In this document: positions 9,147 to 18,296 of the stretch, one piece after another
Position numbering within the stretch: position 1 is the stretch's first letter
Layout: every line of letters begins with the position of its first letter
Origin: Verrucomicrobiota bacterium
Lineage (GTDB): Bacteria > Verrucomicrobiota > Verrucomicrobiia > Limisphaerales > Palsa-1400
Length of the DNA stretch: 49,244 nucleotides
NCBI GenBank assembly: GCA_049510745.1
Contig: JBEKYR010000042.1
Coordinates: 1-49,244, forward strand
Direction: 5' to 3'
Position numbers and translations under genes: made by a program
Notes under the pieces: generated by a model
What the model was told of the DNA's origin: nothing
What the model saw: the letters and a program-made list of their open reading frames with translations, nothing else
Databases searched by the model: none

Positions 9147-10031
9147 TCATTCCGGCGAACTGGTCGGCGAATACGGACGCCAACCGTCGCGACGCTGTTT
9201 GGCCTTGGTGAAGAATTCCTCGATGGCTCGCATGTCCTCCCGTTCCAGCGCCAGTTGGAATTCCCGCAAGTCCTCGATGAAAACGCCCAGCACCCGGCAC
9301 AAATTCTTCCGATTCGCCAGCGCGATGTCGCGCCACATCTCCGGCGAACCGGACGCGATGCGGGTGGTGTCGCGGAAGCCGGTGGCGCAGACCAGCGCCT
9401 GCTCTTTGGGATGGGCCGGGCTGAGCACATAGTTGGCCAGTTCCGCCGCCACCACGTGCGGCAGATGGCTCGAACGGCTGACCAAATCATCATGCGCTTC
9501 GGCGCTCATGCGGACGGGCCACGCCCCCACCGCCTGCCAGAAGCTCTCGACCGTCGCCACCGCTTCCGCCGAAGTCCGCGCGCCCGGTGTCACCAGGCAA
9601 ACCGCGTTTTGAAACAAATCCGCCCGCGCCGCCGCGGCGCCGGTTTTCTCCGAGCCGGCCATGGGATGGCTGCCGACAAATTCCCCCCTGCCCTGCCGGA
9701 TGATCGGCTCCAATTCCCGCACCACCGTCCCTTTGACACTTCCGACGTCGGTGACCACCGCGCCGGGTTTAAGGAAGGGCCGCAGGTCCGCCGCCCGCCC
9801 GGCCATTTGCGAGAGAGGCGTGCAAAGAACGACCATCTCCGCCCCCTCCACCGCTTCTTGAATGTCGGTGGTGACCAGGTCCGCGATTTCCAGCTTCCTG
9901 CCTTCCGCCACGCTGGCCTCGCGCCGGACGAAAGCGTGGACCCTCGCCGCCAACTGCCGTTGCTTGATGGCCAGCGCCAGGGACCCACCCAGCAAGCCCG
10001 CCCCAATGATACTGATCTTGTTCCAGCGCAT
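9147..10031 (-). CDS. tyrA: Prephenate/arogenate dehydrogenase
   Basis: IIGAGLLGGSLA, DVGSVKG, HPMAGSE, SHLPH and GFRDTTRIASGSPEMWRDI. Confidence 0.93.
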   Translation of the reverse strand: MRWNKISIIGAGLLGGSLALAIKQRQLAARVHAFVRREASVAEGRKLEIADLVTTDIQEAVEGAEMVVLCTPLSQMAGRAADLRPFLKPGAVVTDVGSVKGTVVRELEPIIRQGRGEFVGSHPMAGSEKTGAAAARADLFQNAVCLVTPGARTSAEAVATVESFWQAVGAWPVRMSAEAHDDLVSRSSHLPHVVAAELANYVLSPAHPKEQALVCATGFRDTTRIASGSPEMWRDIALANRKNLCRVLGVFIEDLREFQLALEREDMRAIEEFFTKAKQRRDGWRPYSPTSSPE

Positions 10032-10363
10032 TTGAATGAACCACACGCTAACGGGTTGACGGCGGAACGTCGAAAAGAATCTTGCGCGTGTTTTTCCCTC
10101 GCGGCGGGAACGGTGGCGCGTCCTCAGAGTTCGCCAATCCGATCTCGCGCCCGGACACAGCCGGCGTCCTGGCGGTTTTTCCCGGAATTGGGGGCGCGCT
10201 TTGCAGGCGTGTGCCTTCAACCGCTCTGGCATCTCTCCCTTGCCCTTGCCATTCGCGCAAGTCCCTCGCGGGAGCAAGCCAATTCGCGGGAGTGGCATCC
10301 GCGTCCCGGTTCGATCGTCGTTTTTGACTTGCCAAAAGAGGTTGCGAGAAAGAAATTCTTACC

Positions 10364-10597
10364 ATGACAAGCACAGTGACAAGCAAGGGCCAGACGGTGG
10401 TGCCGAAGGCGCTGCGAGAGCGGTTCAATATCAAGTCCGGCGCGACGTTAGACTGGCAGGAAGACGGACACTCATTGCGCGTGATCAAACTGGAACCGCG
10501 CAAGGCGGGAAGCTTTCTGGAAGGATTGCGCCGATTGGGCCGCGTCCCGGCCGGGCCGCGCGACAAACGTCCGGTTAAACCGATCAACGAAGGATGA
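10364..10597 (+). CDS. AbrB/MazE/SpoVT-family antitoxin
   Basis: STVTSKGQTVVPKALRERFNIKSG AbrB signature. Confidence 0.88.
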   Translation: MTSTVTSKGQTVVPKALRERFNIKSGATLDWQEDGHSLRVIKLEPRKAGSFLEGLRRLGRVPAGPRDKRPVKPINEG

Positions 10598-10682
10598 GAT
10601 ACCTCCTGGATACATTATCGTAGTGACGCGCAACACCGAAGACTTTCCCGGGGTGGATACGCTCAATCCTTTCGAGGACTGA
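10594..10682 (+). pseudogene. vapC: Internally deleted VapC (PIN) toxin remnant
   Basis: ATGA overlap with the antitoxin. MRYLLDT (PIN N-terminus) is joined out of frame to IIVVTRNTEDFPGVDTLNPFED-stop (typical VapC C-terminus). Confidence 0.85.
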
Positions 10683-10802
10683 TTTCCATCGAATTGATGC
10701 AAATTGAGGATGAGGCAGCGGCCTTGCCGGAATCGTTGCGCCGCGCGGTACTTCGGCGTTTGCTCCGAACCCGCGCATCCGGACCACGGTTGGCCGGCGC
10801 TT

Positions 10803-11654
10803 TCATCCGGGCGCAAGCCCGGCCGCTTCGCGCACTCGCTCCAGGATCACGTCCGCAAGGCGCGGCTCGCTCCCCACGCTGGCGGCGTACCAGACGCGTT
10901 TTCCCTGGCGCTCCGTCGGATTGCGCCACGTCGGCTGGCCCAGTTTCAACCGCTCGGCCACCACCGCCTTGGGCGCCCCCAGCATCACCGGGATGTCCTC
11001 GCGCGAATGCAATCCGTCGCTGATAAAGAACGGCACCACCACGATGTTTCTGGCGCGCGCCAGCTTGTAGCAATTGCCGATGCGCGGTTCTTCCTCCATG
11101 AAGACGGCGTGGACTTCGCCGTAAATCTGGCGGGCGCGGATCAATTCGGCCTGGGTCTCAATCGCCTGGCGCGAATTCTCGTTGCTCCCGGTGCCGTGGC
11201 CGGCGATGAACAGCGCCGTTTCCGCGCTCTTCGGCGCGCGCGGAAAAGGGAATTGCTCCACGATGCCGCCCGCCCGGGCCAGCAGAACAGCCGTCATGCC
11301 GGGGTGCGTCCCGACCGGCCCGCAGTAATAAAGCGTTTGCCCGCCCCGCTTTTGCGCGCGCGCAAAACTCGTCTCGCCCTTCCGGCACAATCCCAGCTCG
11401 CGCGGAAGGACCTCTTGGGTAAAGTATCCCTCGCTGATGAAGAGCGGGACAATGAACACCCGCGGCGCGAACACCCCCCGCAGCGTCTGCGCCACATTAG
11501 GTTCCTGTTTCCAAAAAGCTTCCTGCACCTGCGCGAATAAACCGCGCCGGCGCAACTCATCGACGTGCTGGAACGTCGGCGCGGCCGAGTCCGCGTTCAC
11601 GGTCGAGCCATGCCCGATCACCACCAGCGCCGCATCTGCAAAGACGTCACTAAT
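10803..11654 (-). CDS. CbiX/SirB-family chelatase-like protein (two CbiX domains)
   Basis: VIGHGS, FIVPLFISEGYF, PVGTHP, IAGHGT and VVPFFISDGLHSREDIP. The start is uncertain: GTG 11624 or ATT 11654. Confidence 0.8.
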   Translation of the reverse strand: MSDVFADAALVVIGHGSTVNADSAAPTFQHVDELRRRGLFAQVQEAFWKQEPNVAQTLRGVFAPRVFIVPLFISEGYFTQEVLPRELGLCRKGETSFARAQKRGGQTLYYCGPVGTHPGMTAVLLARAGGIVEQFPFPRAPKSAETALFIAGHGTGSNENSRQAIETQAELIRARQIYGEVHAVFMEEEPRIGNCYKLARARNIVVVPFFISDGLHSREDIPVMLGAPKAVVAERLKLGQPTWRNPTERQGKRVWYAASVGSEPRLADVILERVREAAGLAPG

Positions 11655-11720
11655 CTTAATCCTCTCCTGCCCTCAGGAATGCAGGGCAGGATTAAGATTA
11701 GGATGAAGATTAAGATTAGG
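11650..11720. repeat. Inverted repeat plus hexamer tandem (ATTAAG/ATTAGG)
   Basis: CTAATCTTAATCCT (11650-11663) pairs with AGGATTAAGATTAG (11688-11701). Five hexamers occupy 11691-11720. Confidence 0.8.
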
Positions 11721-11802
11721 AAAGAAAACGCGCAAAAATACCGCTTGCGCCCGGCGCGGCCTCACTTTATATTGCGCGTTCCTTTCGAAGAAAAGGACTA
11801 TT

Positions 11803-12012
11803 ATGCGTCGTCCCAAAGGCATTAAAACCAGGAAAGCGGTCGCCAAGCGGTTCAAAATCACCGCTCGCGGCAAAGTCATGCGCCCGCACGCCGGCAAGCG
11901 GCACTTGCTCCAAACCAAAAACCCCAAGCGCCGCCGCCGCCTCGGAACCTCCTCGGTCGTGGACCCGACGGATGCCTACCGGATATTGCAGAATTTACCC
12001 TTCAGCCACTAA
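11803..12012 (+). CDS. rpmI: 50S ribosomal protein L35
   Basis: KTRKAVAKRFKITARGKV..AGKRHLL, upstream of rplT. Confidence 0.96.
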   Translation: MRRPKGIKTRKAVAKRFKITARGKVMRPHAGKRHLLQTKNPKRRRRLGTSSVVDPTDAYRILQNLPFSH

Positions 12013-12033
12013 CCAACCCGCCTTCTCCCGACT

Positions 12034-12399
12034 ATGCGTGTCACCAACTCACCCGCATCCCGCAAGCGCCGCATGCGCACGATCAAAGCCGCCAAGGGCT
12101 TTCGCTTGAAGCGCTCCAAACTCTATCGCTACGCCTCCGACGCGCTCGATCACGGCCTGCAATACGCCTACCGCGACCGCAAAACCAAAAAGCGCAACTT
12201 CCGCGCCCTCTGGCAGGTGCGCATCAACGCGGCCGTCCGCGCCGCCGGCATGACCTACAGCCGTTTCATGGAGGGACTCAAAGCCGCCAAGTGCGCGCTG
12301 AACCGCAAAATGCTCGCCGACCTGGCCGCCCGCGACGCCGCCGCCTTCGCCGAATTGGTGCAACTCTCCCAAAACGCGCTCAAATCCAAGAAGGCTTAG
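12034..12399 (+). CDS. rplT: 50S ribosomal protein L20
   Basis: AKGF, YAYRDRKTKKRNFRALWQVRINAA and LNRKMLADLA. Confidence 0.97.
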   Translation: MRVTNSPASRKRRMRTIKAAKGFRLKRSKLYRYASDALDHGLQYAYRDRKTKKRNFRALWQVRINAAVRAAGMTYSRFMEGLKAAKCALNRKMLADLAARDAAAFAELVQLSQNALKSKKA

Positions 12400-12459
12400 T
12401 TGCGAGCGGCGGTTCAGGGTGGATTCTGGCGCTTTGTTGCCGGCTCAATCGCTATCAGA

Positions 12460-12589
12460 GAATGACGAATGACGAAGCCCTAATGACTAAAGAATGCCCA
12501 AATGAACCAATGCCTAAATCGGAACAATCCGGTTTCGTCATTAGACATTCGTCATTAATTCGTCATTCGGGCTTCGTCATTAGGCATTT
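12460..12589. repeat. Long imperfect inverted repeat built from AATGACG-type heptamers
   Basis: The left arm AATGACGAAGCCCTAATGACTAA matches the reverse complement of the right arm TTCGTCATTCGGGCTTCGTCATT. Confidence 0.85.
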
Positions 12590-12660
12590 CTTCTCCGCCT
12601 ATTGGGCCTTTCCCGGCACCGATGTGCCGGTGGTCGGAACCTGTTTTGAAAGGTGACATC

Positions 12661-13653
12661 ATGGACATCGAACCGCTCAAACAAGCGGCGCTGGCCGAAT
12701 TGAAATCCGCCCCCGATCTGGCGGCCCTCGACCACGCCAAAGGCGCCTGGATCGGCCCTCATGGGCAATTCACCGCCTTGATGAAGGAACTCGGCGCGTT
12801 GCCCAAGGAACAACGCCCCGCCGCCGGCAAACTCATCAACCAGGCCAAGGCCGAATTGGAAGCCGCCCTGGCCGGCCGCCGCTCCGAGCTTGAACTCCTG
12901 GCCGCCTTGCCCAAGGAGGCCGCCGACTTCACCCTGCCCGGCCGCCGCCGCCCCTTGGGCCAACTCCATCCGCTTTCCCAAGTCACCGAAGACATCGTCC
13001 GCAGCTTTCGCAAAATCGGCTTTGCCGTCGCCGACGGCCCCGAGATCGAGGACGAATACCACTGTTTCGACGCCCTCAACACCCCCGCCGACCATCCGGC
13101 GCGCGACACGCAGGACACGTTCTATCTGGACGCCGCCGAGCGTCTGCTCCTGCGCACCCACACGTCCTCCGTGCAAATCCGGGTGATGGAAAAGCAGCCG
13201 CCCCCGGTGCGCATCGTCGTGCCCGGCCGCGTTTACCGGCGGGACAATCCCGACGCCACTCATAATCCGACCTTCCACCAGATCGAGGGGCTTTACGTCG
13301 ATCGCGGCGTGACGGTCGGCGACTTGAAAGGCACCGTCGAGTTTGTCTTCAAGGAATTGCTGGGCGGGGAAACCAAAATCCGCTTCCGGCCCCACTATTT
13401 TTCTTACACCGAGCCGAGTTTCGAGATCGACTTCTCCAGCGCGATGACCCGGAAAATGGGCAAGGAATGGCTGGAGATCGCCGGTTGCGGCATGGTGCAT
13501 CCGCGGGTTTTCGAGCAAGTCGGCTACGATCCGGAAGTGTGGACCGGCTGGGCCTTTGGATTCGGCATCGAGCGCATCGCCATGATCCGCTACCAGATCA
13601 ACGACATCCGCCTCTTTTACGAAAACGACGTGCGTTTTCTCCGCCAATTCTGA
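12661..13653 (+). CDS. pheS: Phenylalanine--tRNA ligase alpha subunit
   Basis: HPARDTQDTFY, LLRTHTSSVQIR, FHQIEGL, RFRPHYFSYTEPS, WLEIAGCGMVHP and AFGFGIERIAM. Confidence 0.97.
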   Translation: MDIEPLKQAALAELKSAPDLAALDHAKGAWIGPHGQFTALMKELGALPKEQRPAAGKLINQAKAELEAALAGRRSELELLAALPKEAADFTLPGRRRPLGQLHPLSQVTEDIVRSFRKIGFAVADGPEIEDEYHCFDALNTPADHPARDTQDTFYLDAAERLLLRTHTSSVQIRVMEKQPPPVRIVVPGRVYRRDNPDATHNPTFHQIEGLYVDRGVTVGDLKGTVEFVFKELLGGETKIRFRPHYFSYTEPSFEIDFSSAMTRKMGKEWLEIAGCGMVHPRVFEQVGYDPEVWTGWAFGFGIERIAMIRYQINDIRLFYENDVRFLRQF

Positions 13654-13716
13654 GCCAACCACCCTCAACATTGAGCGTTGAACTTTGAACGTTGATCTGT
13701 AAACTTGCTTTCAGGC

Positions 13717-14133
13717 ATGGAACAGGAACAAAAAAGCGCGGTCAATCCAACCGCTCCAGCCCGGCAGACGATCTTGATCGTCGAAGACGAGCCGACCTTG
13801 CGCGCCCTTGTCCGCAAGGTGCTCGAACGGGGCGGCTTTCAAGTCATCGAGGCCCCCAGCGGCCTGGCCGCGCTCGAACTCTGGAACCAGAAAAAACCCC
13901 ACGTCGATCTGCTGTTGACCGACATGGTCATGCCCGACGGCATTTCGGGCCGGCAACTGGCGGAGAAACTCAAGTCGGAGAACCCCAAGCTCAAGGTCAT
14001 TTACACCACCGGCTACAGCCCCGATTTGATGGGCAAGGATTTTGTCGTCAAGGAAGGCGTCAATTTCCTGCAAAAGCCCTACCCGCCGCAAAAGCTCGTC
14101 GAGACCGTCCGCAACCGCCTGGCGTCGGAGTGA
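13717..14133 (+). CDS. Single-domain response regulator (receiver)
   Basis: ILIVEDE, DLLLTDMVMPDG, VIYTTGY and FLQKPY. Confidence 0.92.
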   Translation: MEQEQKSAVNPTAPARQTILIVEDEPTLRALVRKVLERGGFQVIEAPSGLAALELWNQKKPHVDLLLTDMVMPDGISGRQLAEKLKSENPKLKVIYTTGYSPDLMGKDFVVKEGVNFLQKPYPPQKLVETVRNRLASE

Positions 14134-14353
14134 AACTTCAAATTTCATGCTTGCGGGACTTTACCCTTCAGCATTTAGCCTTGATCCCTCTCCGCTCGTC
14201 CCCTTTTTTTTCAACCTGAGCAAAACACCGCACGTTGCATTTTTTCGCTCTCGGCGCTGTTTCGCATCCGCGGTTTGATTCCCCCTCGCAAACCACTTTG
14301 AACGCTTGCCCCGAAAGCCTTCGGGGTTGAAACTTCGAACGATCCCGGCCCAT

Positions 14354-14369
14354 TGGCACACCGAATGCT
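14354..14369 (+). promoter_or_regulatory. Putative sigma54 (-24/-12) promoter
   Basis: TGGCACACCGAATGCT has GG-N10-GC spacing and lies upstream of the large surface-protein gene. Confidence 0.55.
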
Positions 14370-14468
14370 GCCTTGGGGAACCATGTTATCGGCGGCCCAG
14401 CGCATGAGCGCGTGTGTTGAAAATCGACAGGCACGTTCCTGTGGCGGCCGCATTCACTCACTGACAAA

Positions 14469-14514
14469 TTCACTGATTCAAAACCGCCTTTGAGTTCACT
14501 GATTCAAAACTGCC
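14469..14514. repeat. 20-bp direct repeat pair
   Basis: TTCACTGATTCAAAACCGCC (14469) and TTCACTGATTCAAAACTGCC (14495) differ at one position. Confidence 0.85.
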
Positions 14515-14637
14515 GTTTTCCGCTGGTTTCACTTTTTTTTGCATTTACCTGTTGACGCCGGTTCGAGATTTCGCTATACATGCTTCTTTCACAGTTGAAA
14601 TTGTGCCGCAAATCAGTTGTTTAGTTTAATTAAACCT

Positions 14638-17600
14638 ATGAAAACGTTTCGATCCCTCGTTTGTGTGGCCGCAGGCGTAATGCTTTCGGCTTTGAGCGTC
14701 AACGCAACCCCTTATGCCGCAGCCGTTAGTAATTATCAGGGCACCATATCATGGCGCCTGAACGAATCCGTGACCAACGGCGTCGTGGCCGTTTTATTCA
14801 ACGTTAGCGGCGGCACGTACGCGGCCAGCAACTATCTCGGAGGCACGGTGACAAACGCCGTCAACGCCGGCCCTCAACCCACCTTCACGCTGGGCGCCTA
14901 CACCAATTTCCAAATTTACATTTTCAACATTGGCACCGGCAGTCCTCATCAGATCAGCCCCAACCCGGGTAAAACCAGCCCAAGTAGCCCTTTGCTTGAT
15001 TTCAATGGACCTCGCGGTGTTGGCGTCAACCGGAATCCAAGCTCGCCCTACTTCGGCACGGTTTATATCTGCAATGCGTCGCCTTCTGCTAACGACGGCG
15101 TCCGAGGCACAACCAAGGGAGTATACGCCCTGAATGCCGATTTTACCGATGCTTTCGGATACGCCAATACTGCCATGCCCCCCGTCGGGACCGGCGCTGG
15201 CCAAATCCAATACGGCTCCAGCACAACTTATGGCGTCTGGCGCGTTTTTGTCGGCCCGGATGATATGGTTTACATCGGTGACGCCAGCGGCGCCGCTGCG
15301 GCTGGGACGACCGTTGGCATGGGTGTGATAATGGCTGTGCCCAACCTCTCGTCCGCCCAGGGCCTGTTTCCGTTTAACGGCGGCGTCGGCGCTGCGCAAT
15401 TGGTCTGCACCGCGGGCACGCCCAATGTCACCGGCTCGTATGCAGCCGGCACTTTGACCCTCTATAACATGGAGTGGAACCGGTCGGGGTCCGACGCGTT
15501 GGGGAACCTGTCGGGTGGCTATCAATCGGTTTGGCAATATCTGTTTTACACCAACTCCCCCGCCCCCAACACGCCGATCGCTTTGCCGTGGAATATGAAC
15601 ACTCTTCCCTTCGACCTTCCCACTGCCGGCACTTGCGGCTCGACCTATGGTTATAGTGGCAACGGCAATCCGAATGTTGGTGTCGGCTCGGGTATTGGCA
15701 GCGTCGATGAGGTCGTTGGCGATTTCTATATTGCGCCGGATGGCAAGTTCTTCTGCAGTGAAGCACGGTCCAGTGCCACGGGCAATGTGACCCTTTGGGT
15801 TTATGACACGATTGCCAACGGCAACTGTCTCCTTTGGGATTCTTTGGACGCCAACGGCGGCGTGGATCCCTTTGCCTACGCCTATGGCATGTCCGTTTCC
15901 CCTGACGACAAGTATGTCGCTTTCGGCAATTCCAGCGCTGTCGCAACCGGGGGCACTGCGGCGAATGCCAGTTCCATCGTGCTCTGTGGGCTTGATACAC
16001 AACCCGCTGCCACCGGAGTTGACGTGAGCGGCCTTCCTGATCTTTCCAAGATTTCCAGGATTACCTATGGCGCCGGCACCAGTTCTCTCCGAGGCACGGC
16101 TTGGGACATGGCTGACAACGTCTATTGCGTCAGTGGATCTGATGATTCCATGCGGGCGTTCAGCTTGGGCCTGACCACCACCGCCATCACCGGCAACGAT
16201 ACGACCGGCACTAACGGCACGTTTTCCTTGGGCTATTCCTCCATTTCTGTCAGCGTATCGGCCGATGAACCGCTCATTTCCCAGCCCAACTCCTACGGAA
16301 ATCCCACCACCGGCACATTTACGCTTACCCGCACTGGCGATACCAGCGGGCCCCTGAATGTGCTCTTCACGCTGAGCGGCACGGCCACAAACGGAACCAC
16401 CTACACTACCACTGCCACGAACAACGTCACATTTCCCGCAGGCTCGGCCACCGTCCAAGTCACGATTACAGCCAATGCCGCTGTTGCCAGTGCCGCAACC
16501 TTGAACACTATCTTGACCTTGTCGGGAAGCGCCGATTATTCGCCGGCGCCGCCGGTCAGCGCCACGATGGAGATTGCAAATACGGGGCCGCAAGAGATCG
16601 CGATTTCGGGTGTTTCTGTTCCAAGTATGTATCGCGGACTTTCAAACGATTTCGCCTCCGTTGTTATTACCCGCTATGGAGACACCAATGCAGCGCCTTT
16701 CACCATACCGGCCAATGCTTTCACCTACACTGGAACAGCGGCGCTCGGCGTCGATTATGTGGAAGCAAGCGGGCCGGTCACAGTCAATACAGGGGATCAG
16801 ACTGAAACGGTGAATGTCGGAAACCCGGTTGCCACCGGTGTTTACCATGGCAATGAGACGATTCTGGTCAGCTTGAATGGCAACGCCCCCGTTCCGGTTG
16901 TTGCCGGTTCGCAGGGGGCCAGCCTGACATTGGTCGATAATGCGGATCCACCGGCGCCGGTTCTCTGGTCCGACCCGTTGACGAACGCGGCAGACAGCGT
17001 CAATTGGACTTTAACCTTTGCCAACAGCAACTTGAACCCGACAATGACCGTGCCGCCAATTGTCATTCCAAATTATCCAAACTATACCGCTTCAAATCCG
17101 GATCCCAATGCCGTGGATGATTTCGACGTTGAGTTTGGTTACGCCGTGACCAACGACGCGGTCGGTTATTCGCCTGCCATGATCCTCAATGGCTGGACCA
17201 ACGCGCTGAAAATGACGGTCAACAAGATCACCGGCTATGATAGTTATGACACCGCCACTGGCGGCGGCGCTTCCGCGGGCGTGAACGTGTATCCGGCCGG
17301 GCTGAAATTCAGTGGCAATTATGCCTTCCGCTTTAGCATGTGCCTGTCGGAAGGAGTACTTTACACCACCGAGTACAATACCTTTGGCATTAACCATTAT
17401 GGAACAAACTGCAACTGGTTTGCCACGGATGTCATCGCTGGTAACGGCACGACAAACTGTGATGGCATCTGGTATTGGATCGATGCCGATGTTGACGGTT
17501 CAGGCGCCTATAACACCTTCATCCAGGTTTCAGCTCCGCCTCTTCCTAATACGGGCTGGACCATGCTTCAGGATGTCGCAGGGCTTACAACTCCCTACAC

Positions 17601-18138
17601 CACCTACTTCCAGCATCCTGTTCCGTACAACGGCTATCCGTCGGGCGCTCCGAACAATGGCGATGGAAACCCGGCCAACTCTTGGGCGGACGTGGAAGTT
17701 AAACAGGTCAACGGCGTGATCACCATGTCGATTAACAAATTCCCGATCTTGGTCTATCGGAATACCAACTACGCCACTTCCGGTGACATCATGCTGGGAT
17801 ACGACGACCCGTACGCCTCCGTCGGCAACGTGGCGACGGCCCTCGTCCCCGGCGCCGCCGTTTATTATTCCAATGCGCGGGTGGTGCAGTTGACGCCCCC
17901 GGCCATAAACGCCAGCGCCATCCAGATCTCCGGCACGACCTTGACCATTCCGTTCACGGACAGCGACACGGATGATACAGCGGCCTCGTTTGAGCTGTTG
18001 GGATCAAGCTCGGTCAAGGGGCCTTTTGCCAAGGTGGCTGCGACCTTCAGCCAAAGCAACACAACGGGCGCGTGGCAGGCTGTGGTCACGGTGCCGAATG
18101 GAACCGCTCACGAATTCTACGTCGTTGTCCGTTATTAA
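14638..18138 (+). CDS. Large secreted/surface protein: putative beta-propeller, two Calx-beta-like domains and a beta-sandwich
   Basis: Signal peptide MKTFRSLVCVAAGVMLSALSVNA. TGTFTLTRTGDTSGPLNVLFTLSGTATNGTTY and VVITRYGDT..GTAALGVDY are Calx-beta-like. The protein is rich in G/T/S/N. Confidence 0.75.
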   Translation: MKTFRSLVCVAAGVMLSALSVNATPYAAAVSNYQGTISWRLNESVTNGVVAVLFNVSGGTYAASNYLGGTVTNAVNAGPQPTFTLGAYTNFQIYIFNIGTGSPHQISPNPGKTSPSSPLLDFNGPRGVGVNRNPSSPYFGTVYICNASPSANDGVRGTTKGVYALNADFTDAFGYANTAMPPVGTGAGQIQYGSSTTYGVWRVFVGPDDMVYIGDASGAAAAGTTVGMGVIMAVPNLSSAQGLFPFNGGVGAAQLVCTAGTPNVTGSYAAGTLTLYNMEWNRSGSDALGNLSGGYQSVWQYLFYTNSPAPNTPIALPWNMNTLPFDLPTAGTCGSTYGYSGNGNPNVGVGSGIGSVDEVVGDFYIAPDGKFFCSEARSSATGNVTLWVYDTIANGNCLLWDSLDANGGVDPFAYAYGMSVSPDDKYVAFGNSSAVATGGTAANASSIVLCGLDTQPAATGVDVSGLPDLSKISRITYGAGTSSLRGTAWDMADNVYCVSGSDDSMRAFSLGLTTTAITGNDTTGTNGTFSLGYSSISVSVSADEPLISQPNSYGNPTTGTFTLTRTGDTSGPLNVLFTLSGTATNGTTYTTTATNNVTFPAGSATVQVTITANAAVASAATLNTILTLSGSADYSPAPPVSATMEIANTGPQEIAISGVSVPSMYRGLSNDFASVVITRYGDTNAAPFTIPANAFTYTGTAALGVDYVEASGPVTVNTGDQTETVNVGNPVATGVYHGNETILVSLNGNAPVPVVAGSQGASLTLVDNADPPAPVLWSDPLTNAADSVNWTLTFANSNLNPTMTVPPIVIPNYPNYTASNPDPNAVDDFDVEFGYAVTNDAVGYSPAMILNGWTNALKMTVNKITGYDSYDTATGGGASAGVNVYPAGLKFSGNYAFRFSMCLSEGVLYTTEYNTFGINHYGTNCNWFATDVIAGNGTTNCDGIWYWIDADVDGSGAYNTFIQVSAPPLPNTGWTMLQDVAGLTTPYTTYFQHPVPYNGYPSGAPNNGDGNPANSWADVEVKQVNGVITMSINKFPILVYRNTNYATSGDIMLGYDDPYASVGNVATALVPGAAVYYSNARVVQLTPPAINASAIQISGTTLTIPFTDSDTDDTAASFELLGSSSVKGPFAKVAATFSQSNTTGAWQAVVTVPNGTAHEFYVVVRY

Positions 18139-18175
18139 CTGAGGTTGATTTGACGACGTTTGAGTTTCGCGCCGG

Positions 18176-18201
18176 GGGGCGTTCGCTGCGGCGGACGCCC
18201 C
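18176..18201 (+). terminator. GC-rich hairpin after the large gene (possible terminator or stabiliser)
   Basis: GGGGCGTTCGC-TGCG-GCGGACGCCCC, with only a weak U tract. Confidence 0.4.
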
Positions 18202-18296
18202 TTGCGCAATTGGTTTTGACGGTATATATTGGAAAGTTGGGCCTCGTGCGCGATGAGGCGCATGATCGCCGGCAGATTGCCAAAATGTAATTGAAT

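Noticed and set aside
14794..16593. 599-aa antisense ORF, and other long antisense ORFs such as 24188-26380, 34086-35888, 41384-42982 and 46912-49041
   Set aside because: These are shadow frames opposite well-supported genes, expected in high-GC DNA, and they have no recognisable motifs.
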